Notes under the pieces: generated by a model
What the model saw: only the letters and a program-made list of their open reading frames with translations
Database searches by the model: none
Told to the model about the DNA's origin: nothing
Position numbers and translations under genes: made by a program
Shown: positions 34,831 to 47,559 of the stretch, piece after piece
Numbering within the stretch: position 1 is the first letter of the stretch
How the letters are laid out: the number at the start of each line of letters is the position of its first letter
From: Lama glama
Lineage: Eukaryota
Assembly: GCA_028534125.1 (NCBI GenBank)
Contig: CM052837.1
Location: forward strand, 20,956,001 to 21,020,000
Length of the DNA: 64,000 bases
Direction: 5' to 3'

Positions 34831-35774
34831 AGCTCAGTGGGCCAGACTGCTGACTGTATCTGTCAAGGCCAGTAGAGGGTGACCAGGACAGCCGGACCAA
34901 GACAGTCTTATAATCCAGCCCAGCAGACACTCCCTAGACACAGGATCATAGCTCTTGTATGTGCCTAAATCTTCAAAAACTGAGAGAGGAAGGAGCTGCA
35001 GCCCGCATGTTGTTGTCTTCCTTGGCTGTCATTCATAAATCTACTAAGTTTATTTTATTTTTCAAAACCTTTTGTAGATTCTTCTCTGTTAATCCCAATT
35101 TTGGTCTTCCTAAGGCAAACTTCTCCTTTAGTCTCTACTTTGGAGTTCATTTGATGACGTCAGTTATAATCATAAATACCTCAAATTTAATCTTGTAATT
35201 CCTATCATCCCTACTAACTCTCATTTCCTTTAGTTCCTTTCTCAGATGGTTGCAACATTTTTTCTTCTCTAACTGGCTCACTATTGGAATTGTCTCCTCT
35301 CCCCAGTCCATCTTGGCTTCTTCCACAGTCCTAGAATGCGCAGATGAACTGCCTCGCTACTGCAAGAAGCTGATCACGTGACTCTGCTGCTTAATCAACT
35401 TTGAGGGCTTCTTTAATACAGGGTGAGGATGGAGTCTACACTCTGTAGCATGACGGTTCTGGAATGCCACTACCAGCAAGGGCACATCTGCTAAGGCTGC
35501 TCACATTCCCCTTTACCAGATATTTATGATGAAGCAGGCTAGGGAATTCTTTCCTTGGGAATACATCTTGGGTTCCAGAGCGGTAAACCAGTAGGATTTG
35601 TTTCACAGAAATTACTTTGAAGTCAGTTTTTTCCAGAAACCATCTGCTTTGTATAAAGCAAAGGGACACTGTGTTCAGCTATAGCTTTGTTCAAAATGGG
35701 CATATTTTTCACAACTCAGTTTGCTAACCAGTATCCTGGGAATTTGGGTCCTATAAGTTTAGTTCACCCCTAGA

Positions 35775-36000
35775 AAGGCAGACTTGGGGTAGAGGAAAGA
35801 AAGCCAGCCAGATCAGTCTCTAGCTCTTACTAGCTCTGAGGACTTGGATAAGACACACAACCTCTCTGGGCCTTTTTTCCCCTCATCTGTAAATGGGGAG
35901 AATAATTCACTCCAAGGGTGGTCATGAACATGAAGTGAGAAAGAGTATGTGAAGCACGTAGCACAATAACCTGACACATAACACTGATAAATGTTTCTTT
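35775..36000 (+). mobile_element. MIR SINE
   Basis: cttactagctctgaggacttggataag...cctcatctgtaaatgggg. Confidence 0.78.
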
Positions 36001-37732
36001 CCTGTTAAGAAAGACCCGTTGGGAAAGGCACATACATCTCTCAGGCCCTTAGTTCTTTATTTGTACAACTGTAAAATGGTTGCATTGGGTGTGTGGAAAG
36101 ATTAGCTTGTGGGAAAATGACGATGGCAAAATGCTCCATATACTTGCCAGTTGTTGATTATATCTTGTTAGTAGAACAGAACATGGAATCGGTCTTCACA
36201 AATGCAGAGTGTTTTTTAGGATTAACCAGGTTCCTGTATCTCCTCCCTGTTGTGAGTCTAATACCGGTTAGAATATGATCCTGAAGCATTTTCACAGAGA
36301 TGACTGCACGTGTTCCCAGTAGCTTTTGTGTGTGCAAGATTATAGAATGGTTTAGTTCGTTACTCTCACACTGGAAATGAGAGAACTAAGTTAGTGCAGT
36401 GCTGAAATTCCTTCTGTCCTTTCACTCTGCTATATTACTGGCTGATGGAAGGAAAGGTTAAGAAGTCACACTTCAAAAAAATGAACATAAAGCCGCCTTG
36501 GGGCTGTGAGCAGGTTTTTCTGGTTTCTGTGGAAATCAGCTGAAGCCCTGGAATCTGGAGGAAGAGTGTGTGGAGCCCAGCAGCTGGTGAGGCTGCAGGA
36601 GCCCAAAGGAGGACTTCGCTGCTAACTGTGGGAAGAATAGGAGGAGGAGCCTGCGGCTGTCGGAAGAGAGCAAAGACGGGACTGGTGAACAAGGTGAAAG
36701 TAGTGAAGAGGCTGGTGTAGACCATTCCCTGAAGGCCCTGGAAACGGGGGTGGGGGGGGGGTTAGTTTTGTTTTGTTTTCTAAACTGAATTTCTGATCTA
36801 AAGCAGGCATCCAGGGATGGCTTTTCAGAGTGTGAAAACACCTCCCTTGCTTTGGGGCTGTGATTATTAACTCTCCTGCTCCAAGGCAGGTTGATACTTG
36901 GAAAGTGGGAAATTGGAATAGCGAACAAGTCACTGATGAGGGGAGAATGCAGGAGAATTCTGGCACTTGTACTTAACCCCGTGTGTGCTGGATCCGTGCT
37001 GTGCCAGGGTTCTGCTGTGCTTCCCTAACCCTTTAGGCTTGTTTGAGAATACAGTAAACTAACCAGTGAAAAGGACTCTTTTATTATGGTTTTTGTAGGG
37101 TGGGTAGGGAGAGGAGTGGTAACTATGTAATTTTTTAACCCTGAAAGGTCTTCTAGGCCACAGAGTCAGTTTAAAATAATTTAGATGAAATACTCCTAAG
37201 TGATGTGTTAAAGGAAAGTAAATGGTAACCAGCCACGCCTGACATTCAGACGGCTTCATCTAGGGGGCTCACTAAAGGACTCCGTGTGGTGAGTCAGAAG
37301 CCACGTGTTTGAGCCATCTCATACCAGTTCCTCAGAGTACTGCCGGCTGTGGGTGCTGCTAACGTGAGTACTGGTGGGAATGCAGAGAGAAAACAGAAGT
37401 GCCGAAACTCCAGGCATTTATTTTCTACCATTACAAGAATGAGGGTTAATTAAAAAAAAGAAAAAAAATTTTTAAGCTGTATCAGTCCTCCCAGCCAGGT
37501 TCTCTAGAATATAATGGAAAGTGTTCTAAAGAGATCCTTCAAGACAGATGAAAAGAAAGGAATGTACCTTTTCACCAGCAGTTACTCCTGGTTCTAGGAC
37601 TTTACCCACCGGGATGTGTGGCTGGTTCCAAAAATGAGTGAGACTGTACACTCAGCTTTCTTAGGGTAAATACCTCAACTCTCAGGATACAGTTTCTCTT
37701 TGGACTTCCTGGAAAAGAACTAACTAGATAAG

Positions 37733-38290
37733 TGTATCAGGAATTGCAGTTGGTTGCTAGTAACAGAGACTGGAAATCACAGTGGTTTAAACAGAGTAGA
37801 ACACAGAGGTTTAATTCTCTCCCGTGTAAAACAAGGCCAGAGGTCAGCAGGACTGGACTGGCACCTTCAAAATGTCATCTGGGGCCCAGGTTCCTTCTGT
37901 CATTCTATTCCTTATCATGGGGCCAAGGATGTTTGCTTGCTTGTTAATGGGTCCCAGGCACCTGTAAAAGTGGCTTCTGTTTTCGAGATGGTCCCAGATG
38001 GTTACTAGAGTTTCAGTTATTATGTCTATATTCCAAACCATAGGAGAGCAAAATGGGGAGGGGACAGGGCGGAAGGGGACATGTACCCTCCTGAAATTCC
38101 CAAACACCAGTTCATCTTAAGTCTTGACTCAAAGTTAGACACACAATCATACCTAGCTATAAGGGAAGCTGCAGTTTTGTTGTTGTTGTTGTTGTTTTTG
38201 TTTGTGTTTTTTAAGCTGAGCATATAAATACGGGTTCTATTAATAAGAAACAAGAGGAGAAATTAGGTAGGCAGCTGGCAGTCTCAGCCA
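37733..38290 (-). mobile_element. MaLR solo LTR (MLT1J/K-like) containing a (TTG)n tract
   Basis: tgtatcagga...ttgctagtaacagag...cagtggtttaaaca, ggcccaggttccttctgtc, cctagctataagggaagctg, ends taggcagctggcagtctcagcca. Confidence 0.72.
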
Positions 38291-39164
38291 GTCAGGATGC
38301 TGCCACTTGGTATAGAACATCTCCCTTGAGCAGAGTTTGTCCAGGCCTTCTCAGAGGTCCTGAAGTCATGAGTGCCCAGCTCACTCTTCATGGTGCCCCC
38401 CAGAACCAGCATTCCCAAATCCACACTGCACTGCTGGAGTGATACTGTTGTTTCACTGACAAAGCACATTGTAGGAGCCATAGAAAACTACAGATCAGAG
38501 TAATTTTCCACAGGGGACAGTTGCATAGGCACGTGGCAAGTACTTAAAGCTTCATGGACCTCTCCTTCAACCCACCTGAGATATGGGCCTTCCCTGGTCT
38601 ATGAACACTAGACTGAGGGAACTTCTTGCTCTCAGCTCAGGCCCTGAGAGGGAGTGTTAGATACCACATCACTCCAGTTTTTTTCACTCTGAGTCCTTGG
38701 AGAAGAGTTGTGTAGCAAAAAGAAGCATTTCTTGGGCATACATATCCCCTTCTTGCTGGAAGGCCCATTTTCCCACAGTTTCAAGGCTGTAAATTAGTCA
38801 AGCTAGCACTTAAAAAACACTTTCCTAAATTCCTGGTGTTACTGGAACTCTGAAAGGAAGGAAAGAAATCCCATGGGGAAGTGAAAATAAATCAACAAAA
38901 AGTAGCACCTATCATATTGTTTTGCACCCAGTAGGTACTTAGACACTTTGTATAATCTCACTGCTGCAAGTGAAAAATGAGAATACTGAATTAATTTTGG
39001 CTGTATTTCAGGTTAAATGGGTTTCAGTGGGCCTTTTTCAATAGAAAACGCATTCAAGATTTCAAGCAACACACATATTAAAAACTACTTTTTAGAAAAA
39101 CGGCCTTTAAGAATCTCATCGTTTATATTCCAAGTTCACATCTCTCACTTTTTTCTTGCCTTCT

Positions 39165-39865
39165 TTCTCCCAACATTTTTCAAAGAAAATTTTCAAACAT
39201 ACAGAAAAGTTGAGAGAACTGTACAGCAAATGCTCATGTCCCTACCTCCTAGGTTCTAGAGGATTCTTAATATTTTGCTGTATTCACTTTGTCATTTATC
39301 TATCCATCTATCATCTATCCATTTTATTTTTTGATGCATGAAGTAAGTTGCAGACATCAGTACACTTCACCCTTAAGCACTTCAGCATGAATATCATTAA
39401 CTTAGAGTTCAATTTTTAAAAATAAAGTTGCATAGAGTGAAATGCACAGATCTTGAATGCCAACATTTGATGGATTTGCACAAATACATACTCTGTCAAG
39501 GTACAGAACATTACCACCACCCCAAAAAGTTCCCTCATGCCCTTTCCTAATCAGATCTGTCCGCCCAGCCTCACAAAGGTCCACTGTTCTGAAATTTTCA
39601 CCATAGGTTAGCCTCACCTGGAACCTCCTGTCAGTGGACTGAGGCAGGTAAAGCTTTCACTCAGCAGACTGTTTCTGAGTTTCATCCATGTTGTGGTATT
39701 CCATTGGGCGGATATATTTCTCCATTCTTCCTGTTGACAAACTGTTTCAAGTTTTTGGCCATTATGAATAGAGCTGCTGTGAACATTCTTGTACAAGTCT
39801 TTTTCTAGTCATGTTTTCATTATGCCTTGAGTAAATACCAAGGAGTGGAATTGCCGGGTCATTTG
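39165..39865 (-). mobile_element. L1M 3' UTR remnants
   Basis: aaattttcaaacatacagaaaagttg, gtgaaatgcacagatctt, gctgctgtgaacattcttgtacaagtc, ggagtggaattgccgggtcat. Confidence 0.78.
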
Positions 39866-40623
39866 GTAATTGTTCACATCTTTTTTTGATAACTAGAATT
39901 TTGTCATTGAATTGACAATATTGTCCAAGCCACTTCTTTCCTTTTGCAATCAAGAATATTGAGGCCAGAGAGTAGGTGGAAAAGAGACCTATGTAGAGTC
40001 ACATAGAAGATTTTTCTCAGTCTTTGAACTGGAAGCCCACGTCTCTTTACTGTGATATTCTTTATGTCACACTACCCTTCTTCTCCCAGAAAGTGGGCAA
40101 GGAAATTGGGCTTCTTTCTGAAAGATCATTAACCATTTCAGGTTTTGCTTAGGGAGAATTAACTGTTAGATATACCCAGATGTCCAAATGTAATATATTG
40201 TGTTTGTTTGTTTTGTACGTATGTTTCTGTAACTGTCTGGGTCTGGTCCTGCTTCTCCTCCAGTGTACACTCCTGTAAATCTTCCAGGATGATCTTGCTG
40301 GAACAGAAATCTGATCATGCTGCCTGTTCTCCATCAACTATTCTATAGGTCCTGTAGGAAAAAGTCCAGAGGTTCTTGCCCACTTCTCTTGCCTCATGCC
40401 ATCCCATCACTCACCCCTGCAGCCTATCCTGTGTTGTGCTCCTTCATATTCCCATGTTTTTAAACCTCTCATGTTTTACCTAGAATGCCGTTTTTTCCCC
40501 CTTTGTCTCTCTGATAAATTCCTCCTTATTCCTCAGAGTTTGTCTCATCCAGACCATCTCAGGGAGTCAGTTACTCCTTTTTTATGCAAATGTACCTCTT
40601 ATAGCTAACTTTTGCAATGCTGG

Positions 40624-40695
40624 TTTTTTTTTTTAATTGTAGTTGATTTACAATGTTATGTTTGTTTCTGGTGTACAGCATAGTGATCAAGTTTT
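40624..40695 (-). mobile_element. Short artiodactyl-type L1 3' end
   Basis: Poly-T then gtagttgatttacaatgttatgtttgtttctggtgtacagcatagtgat. Confidence 0.72.
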
Positions 40696-40714
40696 ATTAC
40701 AGTGGAACTAATTA

Positions 40715-40900
40715 GGTCACTTCCTAGCTGTGAAACCCTGGGAGGCAAATTTCTTTTCCTGGCTGAGTCTCTAGTTTCTGATCTATAAAATGGAAATGGG
40801 GAGAATAATAAATACGTTTCATAGGATTGTTGTGAAAATTAAATGAAGTAATGCGTGCAAAGCACACTTAGGGACATAGTAGGTTTACAATAAATGTTGC
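40715..40900 (+). mobile_element. MIR SINE
   Basis: cacttcctagctgtga...ataggattgttgtgaaaattaaatga...acatagtaggtttacaataaatgttg. Confidence 0.78.
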
Positions 40901-41153
40901 CTCTTTAAATCCTCAGTTTCTAGCCCAGTGCCTGCCAGGATTCAGTAAATGTTTTTGAAGAATAGAAATACATATATTTTGTGTATGTGTTAAAAGGGGC
41001 TATATATAGATGGTAACACAGATCCATCTGTCTTGAGAAGAGTGTTTGATTTGACTTGCATCAATATTCAACTGGAGTGGCTGAGCACATATGCGTGACT
41101 TTTCTTGGGTTACCACATCCCCTGCTAAGCAGATGTCCATTATAATGAAATAT

Positions 41154-41285
41154 NNNNNNNNNNNNNNNNNNNNNNNNNNNNNNNNNNNNNNNNNNNNNNN
41201 NNNNNNNNNNNNNNNNNNNNNNNNNNNNNNNNNNNNNNNNNNNNNNNNNNNNNNNNNNNNNNNNNNNNNNNNNNNNNNNNNNNNN
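41154..41285. other. N-run (132 nt) in apparently unique intronic sequence
   Basis: Direct. Confidence 0.99.
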
Positions 41286-41819
41286 AAGTCAAGATCGATC
41301 TAATTAGGGTATTTTAAACATCCTGTTTGCATTTAGAGTCTTACCAGAAAGCAGGATGTCTCTCCATCTGGGGGAGCTCAGGGGGAGGTGGGCAGCAAGG
41401 TTCAGCAATAAAACGGAGATGGTTTTAATTTTAGAAATGAGAGATCACTTCCATATGATAGCCTTAAAACAAAAGAGCTAATGGCCTTAAATGTTCCATG
41501 GAAACAAAGGCAGCTCTGCAGCATGGCCTTGAATTTTAAAGTGGCCCTGCAAGATCTGGCCATAACATGGGCCTGATGGTTGAAGTACATGGACCATTTC
41601 CATCCTAAGAATAGAACTCTGACTGACCCAAATCTTTCTTAACCATTTGGGCTGCTGGAAGGCAGGTGCAGACTCTGAAACTGGGTGGGCAGAACAGTCC
41701 TGAATTCTTTCCCCAGCCAGCCAGGCTGGGCCAGTATTTAAATGCCAGGCCATCAGGATGTTGGTTGGGTCCACTTTCCATAGTCCAGCATGTATATTTG
41801 TCTGTGATCTGCACTCCAC

Positions 41820-42236
41820 CTCCACTTTTCCAATCTAATTACCTATCATCCCCCCTCCCCTCCTGCCACACTCATCTCTTCCCAGTTCTTTGTCCATACC
41901 CTGTGCATTCCAACTTCACGCCTTTACTTCATGCTTGTCTGTCTGCTTGGAGCACCATTGTTCCCATTGTCCGTTCTCCTATCAAGGCTTCTCTCCTCCC
42001 TGCTTCTCTTCAAGGGTCAGCTCAGGTGCCACTTTGCCTACCAGTCGCCCCAGTATCATCACTGGGAGAGTATTTGCCTCATTAGTAGGTTCTGCCCCTT
42101 TCCCATTCACTATCACTTTCTGTCAAGTAATTTTAGATGTAAGTACCCAGAGGGCAGGATCATTGTTTGATTGTCTCTGTCCCAAAACACTGTATCTTAC
42201 ATGTTGTAGGAGTCTGTTCATGAATAAATGAATGGA
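41820..42236 (+). mobile_element. L2 3' fragment
   Basis: cttcaagggtcagctcaggtgccac, tagatgtaagtacccagagggcagga, ends tgaataaatgaatgga. Confidence 0.68.
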
Positions 42237-43624
42237 TCAGTGTCAGTCCCTGTGCCAAAGATCCCTGGAGGCCTCCCACTGTGGCCCAGCTCAGCTTGTT
42301 AGTACCTCTTCTTCCTTTCTGGTGAGTGTCATCTTCCCCTGCCTCATGGGGCCTAAATTCCTGCAGAAATGCAAGCAGGACACCTCTGAAATCTGGGGGC
42401 ACTTCTCTTGGCACAGAAGGATGAGGAGGTCACATTTGGGGATTGCTACTGTGCACCTCGTCACCTTCTTCCTCTTCCCCACCTCCCACCCCAATCCTCA
42501 CCTGGGGAGATTTGTTAATATGAATAGTTCATTTGTCCCTGGATTCGAGAATATGGTCCAGATCTGTGCTTCAAGAATTAAATGTGCCCTAGAACCCAAA
42601 ATCCCAGCTCCTGTCTACCAACTTTACCACAGAAAACTTGGAGCTGTGAGCTCACGGATACTTACTTGCTGTGTGATGTCCAGCTCTGCATCACTCCCAA
42701 AAGTCTCTGAGAAAAATGTTTCCTGTTGTCTCAGTTCCAACTCCCTAACTTCCAATCTGCACAGCACCCCTTCCCCTTTACCTGCTTTTCCGCGCCGCAT
42801 CCCCAGCTGAGCTAGGGGTCCTTCACATATGTGCTCTGCGTAATCCTTGTGTGCCAGTCAGCTGTGAGCTCGATTGTGGCTGTATTTCTTAGCCTTGCTC
42901 AGAAGACGATGCAGATGGGCTCCTCTAGGTGGGTACCTCCTTTCATCTCGGCAGTCCCAGGACTGAGTACATTGCGTGGCACATAGTAGGTTCTCAGAAG
43001 TTTGAGTAAAGGGATGGCTGGTGTCTGGAACACTTTGTGCCCTGAAATTAGTTGCTCTGTGGTTATAAAACTCAAAAAGGAGAAGATCTTTTTCATTTCC
43101 TCTGCAGATCATGTGTTGTGTTTTCAGTTCTTGCAGCAAGATCAAAAGGCAAATGATTACCATGGCAAAGAACATTTATTTTTATTAAAAGGAAGGACCA
43201 TCTCTGCTTAGATGCACTGTGTCCTTCAGCTTACTAGTAAATAGCCACTACCCACCTCAGGGCTGTCTGCAGGTCTCCCAGAATCTTGTATTATTTGGCT
43301 TTATAGGCAGCCACACATAAGCTCTTTATTTTAATTTATTGTGGGATTAAAGAGTCTGAGTGAAGTTGGCCTTGCTCCATTTTAGGGTTAGAACAAATCT
43401 TGAGTTGTAGAAAACAGCACTGCCAGCTGAAGAAGTCAAGTGATCTAAGTTCCTACTTTTCTCAGCAGCAGCTATTTAGAATAACCTAGGCTGACCGGAG
43501 CACGTCCAGTGGGTCAGTGGCGGCCATGTGATCAGGATGCAATATGAAGGAGTGAGATGGTAACCTCTGACAGGTGCATGAGTGAGAGAATCTCTTGTGA
43601 TGCTCTTTTTCAGTCCAGCGAATC

Positions 43625-43830
43625 TCAAACTAATGTCTGTTGAGTGCCTACTGTGCACATACCTCATTTGACACAGTGGATTTTATAGATGGAAGGACAG
43701 CCCCATTTTACAAATAAGAGACCTGAGATTCGGAGATTAAACAGTATGCCCATGGTTTAGTTTAACCAGGTAGTGAGTGCCTAAGGCAAAATTTGAATAC
43801 AAGCCTGTCTGTTCCTAAAGCCCCACATAA
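43625..43830 (-). mobile_element. MIR SINE
   Basis: ttgagtgcctactgtg...ccccattttacaaataagagacctgaga. Confidence 0.68.
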
Positions 43831-45889
43831 TAAATTCACAATAAATTAACTAACTCACTTGTTGGCATTTCTGGAGCAGGTTAGCCCGGGAGTTAGTCCT
43901 TTCGGTGTATCTCTTAGCAGTAGAGCACTGATAGGCCTAGTTGTTTACAGGCCTGGCTGTGGATAAATAGCTCTCCTTACAGAGAGAAGTGATGTTAACC
44001 TATTGGGTTTGGACCGTACTTTTTTAAGAATGAGGATGGAAAATGCTATTCCATCTCATTCTTAACAAAAGTGGCACACACACTGTAAGAAAACTAGTTA
44101 GAGTGACTGCCACAGTCTGGTTGTGCCATTCTGGAAAGACCTCTGGCTTAGGTATACGAGACCATGGGTCTGAACCCAAGGAGCCATCCCTAAGAGATGG
44201 GAACACTCTGTAACTCCATGGATATGTGACATTTGTGTGTATATTTCAGAGGGGATAACATGTATATAAGGGGTCATCCAATTCTAAAAAGTATTTGTCA
44301 TGATTGAAAAAAAAAAGAAGACAAATTGCAGATCTAGATTTCAGGAGCCTAGAGAGATACTTTTGACCAGAAGTGAAATCACATCCTTTGTCAGGACTGT
44401 TGTTTCTGTACTTGAAATCCCAGAGAAATTGAACCAAACATTTCTAATTCTCCTTCTAGCTCTGAAATTACAGAACTCTGACCCTAGAGAATCGTACTTT
44501 TAGCCCCCTTGCGTATACACAGGACTCTAACCCATTGCTAATTGCTCTTGAGAAAGGAGAGATTTGAGCTGAGGGAAGAATGGGCCAGAACCACCCTTCT
44601 AGGCAGTTTCACTGACTAGTGTCTGAGGCAGCTAGTTGTCTGACTGTTAAACAAGACATCCAGCAGGCAGGGACTCACACGGGCACACAGTTTTCATACT
44701 GGCTCTTTAGTACTCTGTCGAGACCCCAGCCTCCTCACCTAGTGACTTCAAAGTGTAGATTTGCTTATTAGCCTTCCCTTCTCTGGAGCCTTATGGATTC
44801 CTTTCTTGTGTGTGCACTCATTTGTTCTGCTCTTCCTGGGCCCTGCCTTAGAGGTTATTCTCTGCAGTGGGAGCTACCGCATCCACCCCGTCTGTGTTGA
44901 CAGCTCCATAGCCATCCTTCACCTCCATTTTATCCTGTCGAAATGACAGAGCAGCTGAGCAGTGCTGGCCAGCAGATAAACCTGTTATCTCCCCTGCTCT
45001 CTGTGCCAGCAGCTCTCCCCATCTCCTTGGTGCATGAAAAATTGACACCACCTTGGGCTGAAATCTGTTCCTGGGGAAGCTACATTTATTAGTGGCTAAT
45101 GAAACCGTGTTTGTGTGTAAAACTTGGGGTGGGTGAAGTGTTTTCCTATCTGACAGGCACCAGTGACCCACAGCTATCCGTACCACCCAGAGAGAGAGAG
45201 AGAGAGAGATGAAAGGAACACAGGGAGATTCGAGTCTCCTGAAGTAGACCACCTGTCCTTTACCTAAAATCCCAAACAATTGGTATATGTCATCTATTCT
45301 TAGTATACTGCTGCAGTTGATCAAGTTATCTTCTGCTCCAGGCTGGGATGAACTATGGAAATGCATGCTAATGTGATCTACTTCCCCCCACCCAAAAATG
45401 ATTCTTCTGTATATTATATTTTCCTCTTTGAAAACTACAGCTCCTGATACCCTCTCTCTGCCACTAGGACCCCATACACCATCTTGTTCAGGTATATAAA
45501 GAACATTCTCTTGCAACTCCTTCTCATCCATCTTAACCACCAAGAATAAACAGGAAAATTATTGGGTTCTGGTTCAGTATTTGTGGAACTGCCTAAAACA
45601 CAGTCTCTTCTTTATTTGGACTCTGCTAGAAATTGTTTTTGGAAAGATAAATTCAGTAAAAGAGAGAAGAGGGGTTGTTATTCATGTCTTACCTCCATAT
45701 GGTCTTTTGCTTCATTTTCCTCTCATTAAAACTATTGAATTTTTTGTTAATCCACATTTACCTTGTGTCTTACACAGTAAGCCTCCACACGAAGCACATT
45801 TTCAGGTTTTGCGTGGTTTAGTTTCTGATCTCTTTTATTTTCCTTCTTTAAAAGCTTTGATGATTATGTTCTATATGTGGGAAGCATGT

Positions 45890-46142
45890 AACTTAGTAGG
45901 AAAAGCTTACATGTTGGACTGAGACAACGTGGGTTCAAATCTTAGCTCCCATCACTTACTCAAGGGCATGACCTTAAATAAGTATATTAACCTCTCTGAC
46001 ACTTGGATTCTGCATTAGAAAACAGAAATGAGAGTAGTACCTTTCTCATTGCTTAGTAGTGAGGATTCAATGCAAAAATTGTGTACAGAGTCAAAGAAGC
46101 CTACTGTCATCGATAGACAATAAAGTGGTGACAGTTATTATT
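45890..46142 (+). mobile_element. MIR SINE
   Basis: gggttcaaatcttagctcccatcacttact...tgaccttaaataagtatattaacctctctg. Confidence 0.75.
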
Positions 46143-46234
46143 GTACCCTGCTTACTTTCAAATAGGAATTTGGAGCAACTTACAGCAAAACAGTGTGGGG
46201 ATACTAAATCTTAGCTCTGAATAAGAATTCGTCA

Positions 46235-47235
46235 AAAGCCAAATGTCAAATTGGGGAAAATATTTGCAAAGTATAAGACAAAAAAGTAATATTCTTCATT
46301 TACAAAGAGCTCATAGAAATGAAATTGGCAAAGGAGTAAAGCCAGGCAGTTCACACAGAAGGCAATATAAATGGTCAGTAAACATTAGAAAACATGTCTA
46401 ACCTTATTCATAACAAGAAGAAAACCATGCTAATCAAAACAAGATCCAATTTTTCACCTACCAGTTCATCGTAATTTCTAAATTGAGTGATATCCAACCT
46501 GGGTGAGGATATGGGATAACAGATACTCTTTTACAATATGTATATAAAATTATACTTCCACTCTCAGTATGTGTGTGTGTATATATGTGTGATGTATGTG
46601 TGTGTACATATGTGTGTGTTATGTACATACATAACTTGCACAGACACATACTGAGAGTGGAAGTATAATTGATACAGCCCTCTTGGAAGACAGTTTGTCA
46701 GTGTTTCAGTATTTTATATGTTGATAGCTTTGACTCACCAATTCTGCTGCTAGGAATTTGCCATAAGACTGTGCATGCAGAAGTGTAGCCAGGCCAGAAA
46801 TAAAGGTATACATGCCAGAATACGTGTAGGTGGATATTCATTGCAGCATTGTTTCTAATAGCAAAAACCAAACAACCAAAAACTGAAAACCACCTAAAAT
46901 ACCCATGATTGGAACATTAGTTAAATTATAATAAATGAGTTCAATGAAATTCTAGATAGCCACTTTAAAAAGAAGAAGAAGAAGAACTGTGTGCTGATAT
47001 AGAAAGGTATAGTAGAGAATATTTGTGTATGTGTATGTATGTGTGTGTGTATATATATATTTCTTCCCCTCATCTGTAAATATACACAAGATACTTAGTA
47101 GATTTTTTTGCCCCTTTGAAGAGATGAAAAGGGTAGTGAGAAGACTATGGGAAATCAAAAACATTAGTGCATGCTTAATAAATATTTGTCGAGGACATTT
47201 ATACCTTTTTGTATTCTTTGGTTTTTACCACATGC
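46235..47235 (+). mobile_element. Old L1M ORF2-end/3' UTR remnant carrying microsatellites and an internal inverted duplication
   Basis: ttggggaaaatatttgcaa, ggaagacagtttgtcagt, attctgctgctaggaattt, gatattcattgcagcattgtttctaatagcaaaa. Confidence 0.75.
46548..46670. repeat. Perfect 27-bp inverted repeat with a 69-nt TG/CA/TA spacer
   Basis: aattatacttccactctcagtatgtgt (46548-46574) is the exact reverse complement of acacatactgagagtggaagtataatt (46644-46670). Confidence 0.97.
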
Positions 47236-47559
47236 ATCCATTGCTTTTATTTTAAAATCTTTGGTGGAGGATAGAGAGAATCAGTAATAAAACAGTGAAA
47301 GAAATTGCTTCCTCTGGTTGAGCGTAAACTCATCTTTGAGCTTCCTTGTAGCCAAGGCAAAGAAGGAACCCAGATAAAAAGCACAAAAAATTCATCAAGA
47401 AAGAGAAGCATTTTCCTGATACCGATCTCTAAAGAAATTCAGCTGCCAAGGATTGGTCTAAACTCATGTCTAATCTTGTCCCTCTCAAGCTTAAAATTCA
47501 TCGATAGATCCTTGTCAACTTTTCTCTATGATGCAGCCTTTCCACACCCGACTGACCTC

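Noticed and set aside
36746-36762. G-quadruplex at the G-rich run
   Set aside because: Just two G homopolymer tracts with no further support; homopolymer length is also error-prone.
42232-42810. 192-aa + strand ORF
   Set aside because: Begins at an L2 3' end and ends in another L2-like fragment, has no recognisable domain or exon structure, and is consistent with chance.
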